DNA of 64,000 nucleotides from an uncultured Verrucomicrobiae bacterium (GTDB taxonomy: Bacteria; Verrucomicrobiota; Verrucomicrobiia; Chthoniobacterales; UBA10450), in assembly GCA_963726745.1 (NCBI GenBank), contig CAVSDR010000003.1, positions 576,001 to 640,000 of the forward strand, given 5' to 3'. Of the stretch, positions 29,910 through 40,751 are shown one piece after another (positions within the stretch are counted from its first letter, which is position 1; the number at the start of each line of letters is the position of its first letter). Made by a program: the position numbers and the translations under genes. The notes under the pieces are model-generated. The model was not told the origin of the DNA. It saw nothing but the letters and a program-made list of their open reading frames with translations, and ran no database searches.

Positions 29910-31112
29910 TTAGTTCTGGATGCGCAGGGATTCGATGAGGCGCGGATCACGCAGCGGGAAGAGCGAACTCTTGGTGATCAAGCGCAGGAAAACGAAGACG
30001 AGCGTGCCGCCGATGCCAAGCAGCGGGGTGAAATCCCACAGGCTTACATGCACCCCAGTGCGATGCAGCTCCGGCAGAATAACGACATACATGTCGACCA
30101 TCTGCATGAAGACGATCCAGCAGGCGACAAGGACGAGCTTATCCGGCTTTTTCTTGGTCGCGCGCAGCAAGAGGATGGCAAACGGCAGGAAGAAGCGCCC
30201 GATAACCAACGAGAGGCTGAGCAGATTCCACGACTCGGTATTGCGCAGGATGAAGTAGTCAGTCTCCTCCGGGATGTTCGCATACCAGATAAGCATGTAC
30301 TGGCTGAACCCGATGTAGGCCCAGAAGACACTGAAGGCCAGCATCCACTTACCCATGATGTGGTAATGCTCGATCGTGATCGTCTCGCGCAAATAGCCAG
30401 CCTTATGGAGCAGCCGGGTCACGATCACCAAAAGCGACATCGAGCTGCCCGCGGCACCGGCAAAGATATAGACGCCCCACATGGTGGAGAACCATTTGTA
30501 GTTCAGGCTCGCGAGCCAGTCGTAGGCGCCGAAGGTGAGCGAAATCCCGAAAAGCGGCAGGCAAACAAACGCCATCTTCCGCATCGTGAGCGTCTTCGCC
30601 GGGCTGCCGTCCTTGTCCTGGGCAATGGAGATTTTCCGGTAGAGAAAGGCGGCTAACGAGAAGTAGGTGAAAAAGAACACCGCGCGAATGAGCCAGAACG
30701 GGAGGTTCAGGTAAGCGCGCTTGGCGTCGAGCAAGTGATCGCCGCCGCGCGGGATCACCATCCACTCGTAGAGATGGGTCCGCAGGAGGACGACCGGGAT
30801 GAAGAAGATCGCCATCACCGGCAGGAGGAGGGCGATGTTCTCAAGTTGCCGCCTAACGACCACGGACCACTCGGCATCGACCGCGTGGTGCACCAGGATC
30901 CAGAAATAGCAACCGGCGCAAAGGGTGAAGAAAAAGGCAAACCCAAAGAGCCAGGAGTAAGCCATCTGCGCCGGGTTTATCAGCATCCCGACAACGCTGA
31001 GTGCCAGCCCGAGGAGCGCGCACAGACCAGCAATCATCGACACGCCGCCGAAGCGGTTGCGATCAAAGTATTCGCCTTCCGGCGTGGGCATGACGTGGGC
31101 TCTCTCGCTCAT
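29910..31112 (-). CDS. actF: Alternative complex III subunit ActF
   Basis: Polytopic; WSVVVRRQLE, YLN-PFW-IR, WFSTMWG, YIGFSQYMLIWYANIPEE, DPRLIES. Confidence 0.88.
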   Translation of the reverse strand: MSERAHVMPTPEGEYFDRNRFGGVSMIAGLCALLGLALSVVGMLINPAQMAYSWLFGFAFFFTLCAGCYFWILVHHAVDAEWSVVVRRQLENIALLLPVMAIFFIPVVLLRTHLYEWMVIPRGGDHLLDAKRAYLNLPFWLIRAVFFFTYFSLAAFLYRKISIAQDKDGSPAKTLTMRKMAFVCLPLFGISLTFGAYDWLASLNYKWFSTMWGVYIFAGAAGSSMSLLVIVTRLLHKAGYLRETITIEHYHIMGKWMLAFSVFWAYIGFSQYMLIWYANIPEETDYFILRNTESWNLLSLSLVIGRFFLPFAILLLRATKKKPDKLVLVACWIVFMQMVDMYVVILPELHRTGVHVSLWDFTPLLGIGGTLVFVFLRLITKSSLFPLRDPRLIESLRIQN

Positions 31113-31825
31113 TTCTTCTCCAATAAGGCTTGAGCGTCCGGCGGCACATCCGCGGCGGTGGCGTTCTGGCTGCGTTGCAAGGCGCGCAGGTAGGCGATGA
31201 TCGCCCAGCGGTCCGGCACGGTCACGTTCGGCCCGTAGGCAAACATGGTGTTCTTGCCGTGCGTGATGGTGTTGAAGATCTCGCCGTCGGCCATTTTGCG
31301 GATGCGCTCATCTTGCAGGCTAACGACCGTGGCCAGGCCGTATTGCTTGGTGATGCCGTTGCCGGCCGCGCTCGCACCGTGGCAGATCGCGCAGTTGATG
31401 TTGAATCGCTGCTCACCGCGCAGCATCAACTCCGGCGTGACTGGAACCGGAATTCCCGTGCCCCATTGGTCGCCCATCTTGCCGGTGTTCACGTAATCCG
31501 AACCGACGCTGAAAGCGACCGCGCTCCCGCGCTCGGACGATCCGGGAATCGGCGTGCCCGCAGGCAAAGCCGGAGCGCCGGGACTCACGGTCGCGCCCGT
31601 CTTCGGCATGTCGTAGCCGATCGGGACCGTCCCATCGATCGGTGGGCGCATTGCGCGTTCATCGGCGTAGAAATTCGACGACGCTTGCGCGCGCAGCTTT
31701 GGCTGGCGAACCATGTCCGGGAAAATTTCCGTGGGCTCGGCGCGGTGATGTTGTCCGCGGAAACCAAGGATCGCGACCATCGCGACGCCGGTGAGGGCAA
31801 AGATGAGGAAGAAAGCGCGCAACAT
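31109..31825 (-). CDS. actE: Alternative complex III subunit ActE (monoheme cytochrome c)
   Basis: DMVRQPK, MRPPIDGTVP, CAICH, DGEIF-TITHG, DRWAIIAYLRALQRSQ. Confidence 0.88.
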   Translation of the reverse strand: MLRAFFLIFALTGVAMVAILGFRGQHHRAEPTEIFPDMVRQPKLRAQASSNFYADERAMRPPIDGTVPIGYDMPKTGATVSPGAPALPAGTPIPGSSERGSAVAFSVGSDYVNTGKMGDQWGTGIPVPVTPELMLRGEQRFNINCAICHGASAAGNGITKQYGLATVVSLQDERIRKMADGEIFNTITHGKNTMFAYGPNVTVPDRWAIIAYLRALQRSQNATAADVPPDAQALLEKK

Positions 31826-31828
31826 ACT

Positions 31829-32383
31829 TTAGTCCTCGTGCACCACGGTGAGGCGTTGCCCGCCGGTTGCTTCGAGCAATTGCACCACTTCCGCTTCCGT
31901 GAAACGCGGGTCGCGCGCTTCGATCGCAAGGAAGAAGCCATCGTCGGTCACGCGGCGAAAACGATCCCAGTTAAACATCGGATGATACCAGCGCGGCAGG
32001 CCGTTCATCACCAGGACGGAGAAGAAAGCAGTGAAGGCCGAGAAGAGCACCGTGAGCTCAAACATGATCGGGAAAAACGCCGGGACCGTGCGCCAGTCGA
32101 ACGGCTTTCCGTGCACGATCAACGGGTAGATAAAGGTCGAAGGCCCAAAGGTGAGCACGCAAGCCGTGAGCAGACCGGTGATGCCGCCGACGAGGACGTT
32201 GGCGCTCAGCCAGGATTTACCGATGCCCATGGCGTCGTCCATTCCGTGAATCGGGAATGGCGAGTAGACGTCCCAGCGCTTAAAACCGGCATCGCGCACG
32301 CGTTCCGCCGCATGGTAAAGCGCGGCCGGCGTCGGGTATTCCGCCGCGATTCCGTAAACCTTGTTTCCGGATGGCGTCCTCAT
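31829..32383 (-). CDS. actD: Alternative complex III subunit ActD (DUF3341)
   Basis: DVYSPFPIHGMD, GKP, PIMFELTVLF, DDGFFL. Confidence 0.9.
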   Translation of the reverse strand: MRTPSGNKVYGIAAEYPTPAALYHAAERVRDAGFKRWDVYSPFPIHGMDDAMGIGKSWLSANVLVGGITGLLTACVLTFGPSTFIYPLIVHGKPFDWRTVPAFFPIMFELTVLFSAFTAFFSVLVMNGLPRWYHPMFNWDRFRRVTDDGFFLAIEARDPRFTEAEVVQLLEATGGQRLTVVHED

Positions 32384-33843
32384 CAATTGCGCTCCATTCC
32401 GCCGGCCTGGACCGGGTGATGCCCCTCGGGCGTGTGATGATGCGGATCCGCTTCAGGCAGGACGATCTTCACCTCCGACATCGCGATCATCGGGAGATAG
32501 CGAATAAAGAGGAGGAAGAGCGACATGAAGATGCCGAAGGTGCCGATGAAGGTCCAGATGTCGACCCAGGTGGGATAGAACATCCCCCAGCTCGACGGCA
32601 GGAAGTCGCGATGGAGACCGCCCACGATGATGATGAAGCGCTCGAACCACATGCCGGCGTTCACGCACATGCAGACGAAGTAGACCACGTAGATGTTGAA
32701 GCGGAAGCGCTTGAACCAAAAGAGCTGCGGCGCCAGGAAATTGCAGAAGAGCATGCCGACCCACCAGTACCACCAGTAAGGACCGAGGATGCGGTTATAG
32801 AAGGCGTATTTCTCGTATTGGTTGCCGCTATACCAGGCGACGAAGAACTCCATCGCGTAGGCGTAGGAAACGATCGAGCCGGTGAGCAGGATGATCTTGG
32901 CCATCTTGTCCACGTGCTGCGGCGTAATCACGTCATGCAGCTTGTAGATCGCGCGCGCGGGGACCAAAAGAGTCAGCACCATGGCGAACCCACCGAAGAT
33001 GGCGCCGGCGACAAAGTAGGGCGGGAAGATGGTGGTGTGCCAGGTCGGGATAACCGACGTAGCGAAGTCAAAAGAGACGACACTATGCACCGACAGAACC
33101 AGTGGCGTCGAAAGGCCGGCTAACAAGAGGTAAGCCATCTCGTAATGCCGCCAGTTGCGGTTGGAGCCGCGCCAGCCGAGCGCGAAGATGCCGTAGAGTA
33201 GCTTCTTGATCTTGGAGCTCGCGCGATCGCGCAACGTGCCCAGATCAGGAATGAGCCCGGTATACCAAAAGAGCACCGAAACCGAGAAGTAGGTCGAGAC
33301 CGCAAAGACGTCCCAGAGCAGCGGCGAGCGGAAGTTTGGCCAGATGCCGTAGTTGTTCGGCAACGGTGCGAGGAACCAGGCCATCCAAACGCGGCCAACG
33401 TGCACCCCCGGGAAAATCGCGGCGCAAATCACCGCAAAAAGCGTCATCGCTTCCGCGGCGCGGTTGATCGAGGTGCGCCATTTTTGCCGGAGCAGGAAAA
33501 GAATCGCCGAGATCAGGGTGCCGGCGTGACCGATGCCGATCCAGAAAACGAAGTTGGTAATGTCCCAAGCCCAGCCGACCGGATGATTCAGGCCCCACGT
33601 ACCGACGCCCGTAGAGATCTGGTAGGCTAAACAAAAGAGACCGATGCCCGCGACCATCGCGGAAACCGCAAAAGCGACCCACCACCAGCGCGGCGCTGGC
33701 TCCTCGATCACGCCGGAAATGCGATTCGTGATCCAGGTGAAGTTGCGCTTGTTCAGCACCAACGGCACCCGCGCGAGCGGACGCTCCACCGAAGAGGAGG
33801 CCTCGCCCTCGATCACATCAGGGACTGTGCTCGCGCCGTTCAA
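32383..33843 (-). CDS. actC: Alternative complex III subunit ActC (NrfD family)
   Basis: [56 protein letters not shown]. Confidence 0.95.
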   Translation of the reverse strand: MNGASTVPDVIEGEASSSVERPLARVPLVLNKRNFTWITNRISGVIEEPAPRWWWVAFAVSAMVAGIGLFCLAYQISTGVGTWGLNHPVGWAWDITNFVFWIGIGHAGTLISAILFLLRQKWRTSINRAAEAMTLFAVICAAIFPGVHVGRVWMAWFLAPLPNNYGIWPNFRSPLLWDVFAVSTYFSVSVLFWYTGLIPDLGTLRDRASSKIKKLLYGIFALGWRGSNRNWRHYEMAYLLLAGLSTPLVLSVHSVVSFDFATSVIPTWHTTIFPPYFVAGAIFGGFAMVLTLLVPARAIYKLHDVITPQHVDKMAKIILLTGSIVSYAYAMEFFVAWYSGNQYEKYAFYNRILGPYWWYWWVGMLFCNFLAPQLFWFKRFRFNIYVVYFVCMCVNAGMWFERFIIIVGGLHRDFLPSSWGMFYPTWVDIWTFIGTFGIFMSLFLLFIRYLPMIAMSEVKIVLPEADPHHHTPEGHHPVQAGGMERN

Positions 33844-36800
33844 TGTCTCTCCTCCGGATTCCTGCTACCTTCCGCCGGCTGTGCCTGCGCACCGTGCGCT
33901 GCTCCTTCTCCGTGCGTCACCTCACTCGCGACCCCAATGCGATGAGCATCCGGCATTTTCATGTTCGGGTTCCGCAGCCGTGCGAGGTAACTCGTGCGCG
34001 GTATGACATTCAAATACGAGAGCAGACGGTAATTTCGATCCTGCGACTTCATCTTCGAAACCCGGCTTTCCGGATCGGCAATGTCGCCAAAGACAATCGC
34101 CTCCGTCGGGCAAGCCTGGGCGCAGGCGCTGGTAAAGGAATCGCGCGGAATGAGCGTCTTGTCGGAAGCGCCCGCGTGCACGTGCGCCGCGATTTTCGCT
34201 TCCTCGATCCGCTGCACGCAATAGGTGCACTTCTCCATCACGCCGCGCATGCGCACGGTCACGTTCGGGTTTTTCTGCAGCTTGGAAATATCCGGCGCGC
34301 CCTTCTTGGTCAACGGCCCGAGGTATTCCTCGTAGACGTTGAACAAGCCGGCGACCTTCTTCTTGCCTACAGGACGCTGGTTGTAGTCGAAGAAATTGAA
34401 GCGCCGCACCTTGAACGGGCAGTTGTTCGCGCAATAGCGGGTGCCGATGCAGCGGTTGTAGGCCATCACGTTCAGGCCGTCTTCGCTGTGCACCGTCGCG
34501 TTCACCGGGCAGACGGTTTCGCACGGCGCATTCTCGCAGTGCTGGCACATCATCGGTTCGTGCACCATCTCCGGATCTTCCGGAATCTCGCCGCGATCCT
34601 GGTTGAACTTCTTCGCGTCGGCAAAATAACGGTCGATGCGAATCCAGTGCATCGCGCGGCCGTGGCTCACCTGGAGCTTGCCCACGATCGGGATGTTATT
34701 TTCCGCCTGGCAGGCAATCACGCACGCGCTGCAACCGGTGCAGACATTCAGGTCCACGCTCATCCCCCACTGCTGCGGCGCAGTCAGCTTCGGATGGCTA
34801 TAAAGTGTCGGCAATTTCGGCGGCAACTCTTCGTCGCCCGCGATTTTTTCGACAAACTCATTGTCCGCGCGATAGCCCTCGAGCGTCGCTTCGCGGACGA
34901 GCCCACGGCCTTCGATGCTCCAATGCTCCTGCGTAATCGCAAAGGCATAGCTCCCGGGAACCTTCTTCACCTGCACCTTCGAGATCGTCTTGCCGTCGAC
35001 CGTGATGAAGTGCGGGTTGCTGCTCGTGCGCAGGAGGTAGCCATTGAATCCGGAGCTGTCGCCCGCTGGCGGATGCAGCATCCCCTTTTCACCGGAGTAC
35101 GGGAGCGGGCCTTCGTTGTTCAAGCTCCGCCCGTAGCCGAGCGGAATCGTGATCGAGTTGTCTGCGTGCCCGGGCGAAATCAGCGCCGCGATGACGAGCT
35201 GGCGTTGCACCGGCTTGCCTGCGCTGGTGCCGGCCTCGGTGACCGTGACTTCGATCAAGTCGCCGGTGTTCACGCCAAGGTGCCTTGCGTAGGCCGGGCT
35301 AATCAAGGCCGCGTTATCCCATGTGAGCTTCGTCACCGGGTCGGGCATTTCCTGCAGCCAGCCATTATGAATGTAGCGGCCGTCGTCGACCGAGTAATCG
35401 CGCACGAGCACGATCTCCGGTGAATCGGCCGTCGGTGCCGGCGCGGAAGACCAAAGCGTGTGCGCCACGCCGCCGGCGGCGTTGCCGTTAAAAGTCGGCG
35501 CCTTGTCCGTCGGCTGCACATGCGCGGCGAAACCGTCGCGCAAAAGTTTCGACCAGGCCGCGGCCGCGTCACCCGGAGGGTTGCTCGCGCGGAAGGTTTC
35601 CTGGACGAGCTCCGGCCCTTCCACGAACGGGCGGCCCAGCAGCAGATTCAGCAGCTGAATTTCCGACAGCCCGTCGAAAAGCGGCAGAATCATCGGCTGC
35701 ACCGCGAGGTAGCTGCCCTCGGCCGTGAGCGCGTCGCCCCACGACTCGAGATAATGCGCGCCCGGCACGTGCCACTTCGCGAGTTGCGAAGTGCTGTCTT
35801 CAAAATAACCGACACGCACCACTTCAGGAACGCGCTTCTGCAGGTCGGCCCAATCGAGCAGTTCCTTCGTTTCCTTATCTTCCGCGAGACCGCGGGGCGC
35901 GTTGTAGACCGGGTCGCCGCCAATAATAAACAGCTGCTTGATCCGGCCCGCGTTGATGTCCGCGGCCAGCTGCAGAATACTGCTCGTGCGCGGATTCCGC
36001 GGAAAATTCCGCACCAACACCGTGGTCCCGATGTTCCGGAGCGCAGCGTTGATCGCATACGCCATCAACTGCACCACCACCGGCTGGTGCGAACCGGCGA
36101 GGACGATGCCCGCGCCGGCTTTCGACATCAGGTCGTTGGCGCATTCGTTCAGCCAGGCTTCATCAAACGGGGTCGCACCGGCCGGCGCCGTGAGCGTCGC
36201 CATGACCGAGCCGAGCCCGGTATCCTTGGTCGTGCCGGCGATCTTCATCGCGAGCGCGTGAGTGAACGCCGGGATCTGGCTGGCGGGCAAACGCAACCGG
36301 TGATCGGCCATCGCGCCCGTGAGCGTGAAACGATTTTCCACCACGTAGAGGCGGTTCATCGAATCCTTCGCCGTGGTCACCCGGCGACGATTCGCAAACG
36401 CCCGCGAGGAAGCGACATCGCCTTCGCCGCAATCCAGGAAGTCGCTGTCTAAAGCCAGGATCACATCCGCGCGTTCGAAGCGCGGGACCAGGCGCGTGTT
36501 GTCGCCAAAACTGATTTGCGTGCCGAAGTTTTGCGCTTCGCTCAAGGCCGGCTCGTATTGGGCCCAGCGCATTTTCGGGAACAGCTTCTCGAGCTCGCCG
36601 CGGAGGCGTTCGCGCGTCGGCGATAGCGTCTCCTCCGTGAGCACCGCAAACCCAGCGCCGCCATCCGCACTCATCTGCGTGCGCAGTTCCGCGAGATATT
36701 TCTCGAAGGCCGCGCGGTCGCGCACCTTCGTCACCGTGCGCGTCTTCGCGGGCACCCCGTGCTCGCCCTTATACTTCGGGCCTTCGTGCTCCTGCACCTT

Positions 36801-37274
36801 CTCGGTGTAACGATTCGCGCGCGCCGGATCGTAAAGATCGAGAATGGAAGCCTGCGCGAAGCTATCGGTCGCGCCGCCGCTCGCCGGATGGAGCGGGTTG
36901 CCCTCGATCTTGATCGGGCGGCCGTCGACGGTTTGCACCACCAGCGGCAAGGCGCCGGTGCGGCGCGGCATCGCAGTCGCGTAATAGAGCGGCTTACCCG
37001 GGATGGTCCACTCGACGCTCTTCGAGAACGGAAGCAAATGCGCCGCCGGACGGCGGCAGCTCGTGAGCCCAAAACCAGCCAGCGCCATGGAAGCGCCCAT
37101 GAGCTTGAGAAAACCGCGACGCGACCACTCGTCTCCTTCGAGTTGCGCGGCGCCCGCAGGGAATTCGCGGTCGAGCCAGTCGCGGAACTCCGGCGTGTCG
37201 CTCAGTTCGCCCACGCTCCGCCAGTAACGGCGGCCCGTTTGCGCTTCCGGGGGATGTTCGAGGATGCGTTTCAT
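33840..37274 (-). CDS. actB: Alternative complex III subunit ActB (molybdopterin oxidoreductase-like plus Fe-S domain)
   Basis: YWRS, TAT motif [62 protein letters not shown]. Confidence 0.93.
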   Translation of the reverse strand: MKRILEHPPEAQTGRRYWRSVGELSDTPEFRDWLDREFPAGAAQLEGDEWSRRGFLKLMGASMALAGFGLTSCRRPAAHLLPFSKSVEWTIPGKPLYYATAMPRRTGALPLVVQTVDGRPIKIEGNPLHPASGGATDSFAQASILDLYDPARANRYTEKVQEHEGPKYKGEHGVPAKTRTVTKVRDRAAFEKYLAELRTQMSADGGAGFAVLTEETLSPTRERLRGELEKLFPKMRWAQYEPALSEAQNFGTQISFGDNTRLVPRFERADVILALDSDFLDCGEGDVASSRAFANRRRVTTAKDSMNRLYVVENRFTLTGAMADHRLRLPASQIPAFTHALAMKIAGTTKDTGLGSVMATLTAPAGATPFDEAWLNECANDLMSKAGAGIVLAGSHQPVVVQLMAYAINAALRNIGTTVLVRNFPRNPRTSSILQLAADINAGRIKQLFIIGGDPVYNAPRGLAEDKETKELLDWADLQKRVPEVVRVGYFEDSTSQLAKWHVPGAHYLESWGDALTAEGSYLAVQPMILPLFDGLSEIQLLNLLLGRPFVEGPELVQETFRASNPPGDAAAAWSKLLRDGFAAHVQPTDKAPTFNGNAAGGVAHTLWSSAPAPTADSPEIVLVRDYSVDDGRYIHNGWLQEMPDPVTKLTWDNAALISPAYARHLGVNTGDLIEVTVTEAGTSAGKPVQRQLVIAALISPGHADNSITIPLGYGRSLNNEGPLPYSGEKGMLHPPAGDSSGFNGYLLRTSSNPHFITVDGKTISKVQVKKVPGSYAFAITQEHWSIEGRGLVREATLEGYRADNEFVEKIAGDEELPPKLPTLYSHPKLTAPQQWGMSVDLNVCTGCSACVIACQAENNIPIVGKLQVSHGRAMHWIRIDRYFADAKKFNQDRGEIPEDPEMVHEPMMCQHCENAPCETVCPVNATVHSEDGLNVMAYNRCIGTRYCANNCPFKVRRFNFFDYNQRPVGKKKVAGLFNVYEEYLGPLTKKGAPDISKLQKNPNVTVRMRGVMEKCTYCVQRIEEAKIAAHVHAGASDKTLIPRDSFTSACAQACPTEAIVFGDIADPESRVSKMKSQDRNYRLLSYLNVIPRTSYLARLRNPNMKMPDAHRIGVASEVTHGEGAAHGAQAQPAEGSRNPEERH

Positions 37275-37996
37275 CGATGACAACCCTGGCAGCCGAGCGG
37301 CGGGTTAATGTTCCACTTTTCTTTCAAGGTTTGGCCGATCTCCCGCTGGGTAAGTTTGTCCTTCTTCGCGAAATCTTCCTCCGCGCCTTTTGGCTGGCCG
37401 TATTTCGCGACGAACTCCGCGGGCTTCACGTCTTCCGGCTTCCAATCGAGATTGAAGATCTGATCCTCCGGGCGCAGGAAATTCTCCGGCGCGCGGTGGC
37501 ACTCGAGACACCAGGCCATGCTGTGGGGCTTCGCGTGGTAGACCTCGGCCATGTGGTTGATTGGGCCGTGGCAGCTGGCGCAACTGATCCCGCGATTCAC
37601 ATGCGCCGCATGATTGTAATAGACGTAGTCCGGCGTGCGATGGATCTGCACCCACTTGATCGGTTCGCCGCTCTTCCAGCTCGCGCGCACTGGCTCGAGC
37701 TTTGGGTTTTCCTTCTGCACCTGCGTGTGGCAGGCCATGCAGGTCTGGGTGTTTGGGAGATTCGAGTGCGCCGCCACGTCGACGAAGCTATGGCAATACC
37801 GGCAATCCATCCCGAGCTGGGTCACGTGGAGATCGTGCGGGAACGGGACCGGCTGGATCGGTTCGTAGCCCACGCGGGTATATTTCGGCGTGACATAATA
37901 CCAGGTGGCCGCGGTGAGGCCGGTCACGACCGTGGCGCCACAGACGAGAATCTTTAGCGGGAGCCAGTTCGACCAACGTGGAAAAAAGTTCGCCAT
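37271..37996 (-). CDS. actA: Alternative complex III subunit ActA (pentaheme cytochrome c)
   Basis: Five CxxCH (CRYCH, CMACH, CASCH, CLECH, CQGCH), QPVPF-H, N-terminal TM helix. Confidence 0.93.
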   Translation of the reverse strand: MANFFPRWSNWLPLKILVCGATVVTGLTAATWYYVTPKYTRVGYEPIQPVPFPHDLHVTQLGMDCRYCHSFVDVAAHSNLPNTQTCMACHTQVQKENPKLEPVRASWKSGEPIKWVQIHRTPDYVYYNHAAHVNRGISCASCHGPINHMAEVYHAKPHSMAWCLECHRAPENFLRPEDQIFNLDWKPEDVKPAEFVAKYGQPKGAEEDFAKKDKLTQREIGQTLKEKWNINPPLGCQGCHR

Positions 37997-38230
37997 ACGG
38001 AGACTACAGGCGAACCGCCGATTTCTCTTCGCACAGCCGCTTCCTTAAAAACGCGGCCGGGGACGATTTAGGATGTGCTGTGGCGCTCCGGAAAATTGCT
38101 TGGAAAATGTCGTGCGCAGCCACAGTGGCGAGCACTCTATAAACCGAGGTGGCAATGGCAAAAGAAATTTCGCCGCGCCGGCAATTTCCTCGATTTTCGC
38201 CGCGGCGCGGGCCGCTTCCTCGCGTGCGCG

Positions 38231-38259
38231 GAGGCCGGAGGGGCGCCTCCCGCGGCCTC
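38231..38259. terminator. GC-rich hairpin between the PstS-like gene and the ACIII leader
   Basis: GAGGCCG/GAGG pairs with CCTC/CGGCCTC; no clear U-tract. Confidence 0.35.
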
Positions 38260-38300
38260 ACCCTAACGAGTGAAGTTGCTGCCTAACGAGCGCGTCCGGG

Positions 38301-39902
38301 CTACTTTGGCAGGCCCAGGCGCGCGCGTTGCGCGACCACTTCGCTCGCCAGCAGCGGGAGATTCCCCGAGCGCGCGACCAGCGTTTGCCCCACGTCGGAG
38401 AGGAGCAGGTTGATCCATTCCCGCTCGTAGGCGCTCGCCTGGTCGAGCGAGCGCGCGGCCACGTAGCAATAGAACATCCGCTGCAGCGGATATTGCCCGG
38501 AGTAGATCGTCTCCGCGGTCGGCACCGTCGCCGGCTCACCCGAGTTCGCCGCTACCGGCACGCTCCGCACCGGATGAATCCGTGTGCGCAAGGAAGCGAA
38601 GCCTAACGAATCGGGATCCTCGGCGACCGCTTTCTCGACGCCGTGCGAGAAGACCACGTCGCTGTGCTTCATCTCTTCGCGGAACGGTCCGTCCTTGAGC
38701 ACGAGCTGCTGGAAAACGCGCGTCGTCCCGTAGCTCGGGTAGCCGCCCACGAGCTTGATCTCGCCGCCGCGTCCGCCTACTTCGCTCCACTGGCGAATCG
38801 CCGCCGGCGCACCGGCGCGCCGCTCCATCCCGAAGATGGCGTCGAGCTGCGGGATGGTGAGGAACGGCACCGGATTTGCCGCCGGGACGAGAATCTCGAG
38901 CGCGTCGCGCGCGATGCTCACCTCCAGGAGGGAATGCCCGCGCTGGCGGAAGAATTCCTCCTTCTGCGCCGAGCTCATCGCCAGGCTCATCAAGCCGAGC
39001 TGCGCCTGGCCCTTGATCAATTCCTCCGCTGCTCCCGGGCTGCTGGTAAAGCTCGGTTTGAGCTCGGCCCCGGCCACGCGCAGCGCGATCAGGCGCACGG
39101 CGTTGCGCGTGATGTAGCTCACGGTGTTCGCGGTCGCGATCGCCGGCGGCACCAGCCGGCCACTCGTTAGGGGACGATAGACCGGATAACCCGGCTGCCG
39201 GAGCACGGCCGCGCCGGTTTGGTTTACCTGGGCCAAGGGCGGGAGCGAGTGCACCTGGCCCACGTGGGCATTTGCATCGCCGGCCACCTCCCGCCCGCCG
39301 CCTTGCGCAAAGGACCAGTGCCCCGGACTGAGCAAAACGCCCAGCCGTTCAGCCAGCGCTTTCTCGGTTTGCACTTCCGCAGTCACCGCGCTCAGCACCG
39401 GATACAACCCGCCGCCTAAAAGCCGCAGATCCCCGCTCAAACGCCGCACCACGATGATGGTCGCGTCCGGGTAACGGCTCAGCGGAACCACGAAAGTATC
39501 GGTGCCGACTGCGCGGGCGTTGTGCGCCGTCTCGCCGAAGAGGTCTAGCGCGAGCGCGCGGCCGGTGGCATCGAGCAGTTGCACCGCGATGTCGGTGTCT
39601 TTTTGCCAATCAGTCCGCAGCACGAGCGCGAGATCGCCTTCGATTTGCGCGCGCTCGAGCTCGAAACGCAGGGCGCCTTCGCCGAAGGGCTGGCTCGCGG
39701 CCACATGCCACCAGCCATTTTGGATTTCTCCGCCGCTCCGGTGGAGCGCGCGCAGGTAAGCCGGGTCGCCTGCGGTGGTGGTCTTGATTCCCTCCGCGCC
39801 CTCGGCCGAGAACTCAAACTCGACCGTCGCCGGGACCGGCATTTCCGCCGGCGCGAGCAAGGCGCCGAAGACAACCAGCAAGATGGCAAGCCGGAGTTTC
39901 AC
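38301..39902 (-). CDS. Exported protein with a C-terminal PstS-like substrate-binding domain
   Basis: Signal peptide from GTG at 39902; IARDAL..LVPAANP, LT-PQLDAIF, YGT..FQQLVL, YPLQR, LLSDVGQ. Confidence 0.75.
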   Translation of the reverse strand: MKLRLAILLVVFGALLAPAEMPVPATVEFEFSAEGAEGIKTTTAGDPAYLRALHRSGGEIQNGWWHVAASQPFGEGALRFELERAQIEGDLALVLRTDWQKDTDIAVQLLDATGRALALDLFGETAHNARAVGTDTFVVPLSRYPDATIIVVRRLSGDLRLLGGGLYPVLSAVTAEVQTEKALAERLGVLLSPGHWSFAQGGGREVAGDANAHVGQVHSLPPLAQVNQTGAAVLRQPGYPVYRPLTSGRLVPPAIATANTVSYITRNAVRLIALRVAGAELKPSFTSSPGAAEELIKGQAQLGLMSLAMSSAQKEEFFRQRGHSLLEVSIARDALEILVPAANPVPFLTIPQLDAIFGMERRAGAPAAIRQWSEVGGRGGEIKLVGGYPSYGTTRVFQQLVLKDGPFREEMKHSDVVFSHGVEKAVAEDPDSLGFASLRTRIHPVRSVPVAANSGEPATVPTAETIYSGQYPLQRMFYCYVAARSLDQASAYEREWINLLLSDVGQTLVARSGNLPLLASEVVAQRARLGLPK

Positions 39903-40044
39903 CTTGGAGCGCAGCCTAACGAGAGACGCCGGTGCGCGACAACCGCAAACTCTGGCCGGCCGCGGGATTATTTCCTCGAAAAAGAAAACACGCAATCCGC
40001 GTGCCTCGCGCGATTTCGTGGTGAAACAATAAAGGAGCGACGCG

Positions 40045-40233
40045 ATGGCAGAGAAAGAACACCAGCGGGAACTGATCGATACCGGCACGGACAAGCGTTA
40101 CGTCCGGCGCGACGACGAAGGGAAGTTCAAGGAAAGCGACGACCAAGGACGCTCCCTGAGCCAGGATGTGCGGCAACACGCCAAGACCGAGGTCAAGCCC
40201 GGCCAGGGCGACCGCGGCGATCAGAAGCGCTAG
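40045..40233 (+). CDS. Small hydrophilic hypothetical protein
   Basis: AAGGAG RBS upstream; 62 aa with DKRYVRRD..GKF and KPGQGDRGD. Confidence 0.7.
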   Translation: MAEKEHQRELIDTGTDKRYVRRDDEGKFKESDDQGRSLSQDVRQHAKTEVKPGQGDRGDQKR

Positions 40234-40275
40234 CGGCCTGCATCCTCCGCGCTCGCGGAAACGAAACGCGCCTTC

Positions 40276-40644
40276 GTGAATATTTTACTGCTCGAAGATC
40301 ACGGTGATAGCCGCACCGTGCTGGCACATTTGTTGACCCATTGCGGCTACCAAGTGGAAGTGGCCTCGGATATTTGCGCCGCCCGCAGCTCGCTGACTAA
40401 TCACCGTTTCGATGTGCTGCTGGCCGATATCGGCTTGCCAGATGGCGAGAGTTATAGCCTGGTCGCGCTGGCCAAGGAGTCTTCCCCGGCGATTCGCACG
40501 ATTGCGCTGACTGGTCGCGATACCGCGGCCGACTTGGAAAAAGGCCGCGTGGCGGGGTTCGATCACTTCCTCACCAAGCCGGTCGATTTCCACCAGCTGC
40601 GTTCCATTCTCGCGGAGCAGCAGGACAGCGTCGCCGCGCCGTAA
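40276..40644 (+). CDS. Single-domain response regulator
   Basis: ILLLED, DIGLPDG (phospho-Asp), ALTG, AGFDHFLTKPV. Confidence 0.9.
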   Translation: MNILLLEDHGDSRTVLAHLLTHCGYQVEVASDICAARSSLTNHRFDVLLADIGLPDGESYSLVALAKESSPAIRTIALTGRDTAADLEKGRVAGFDHFLTKPVDFHQLRSILAEQQDSVAAP

Positions 40645-40751
40645 CGAGCGCGGAAATCCGGGCTAGCAATCGCCAGATTGCGGTCTTCCCCTTTCGTCAA
40701 AAAAGGCGCTGAATCCACGCCGGGCACGCCGCGCTCGCGGAATCCCAGCGC

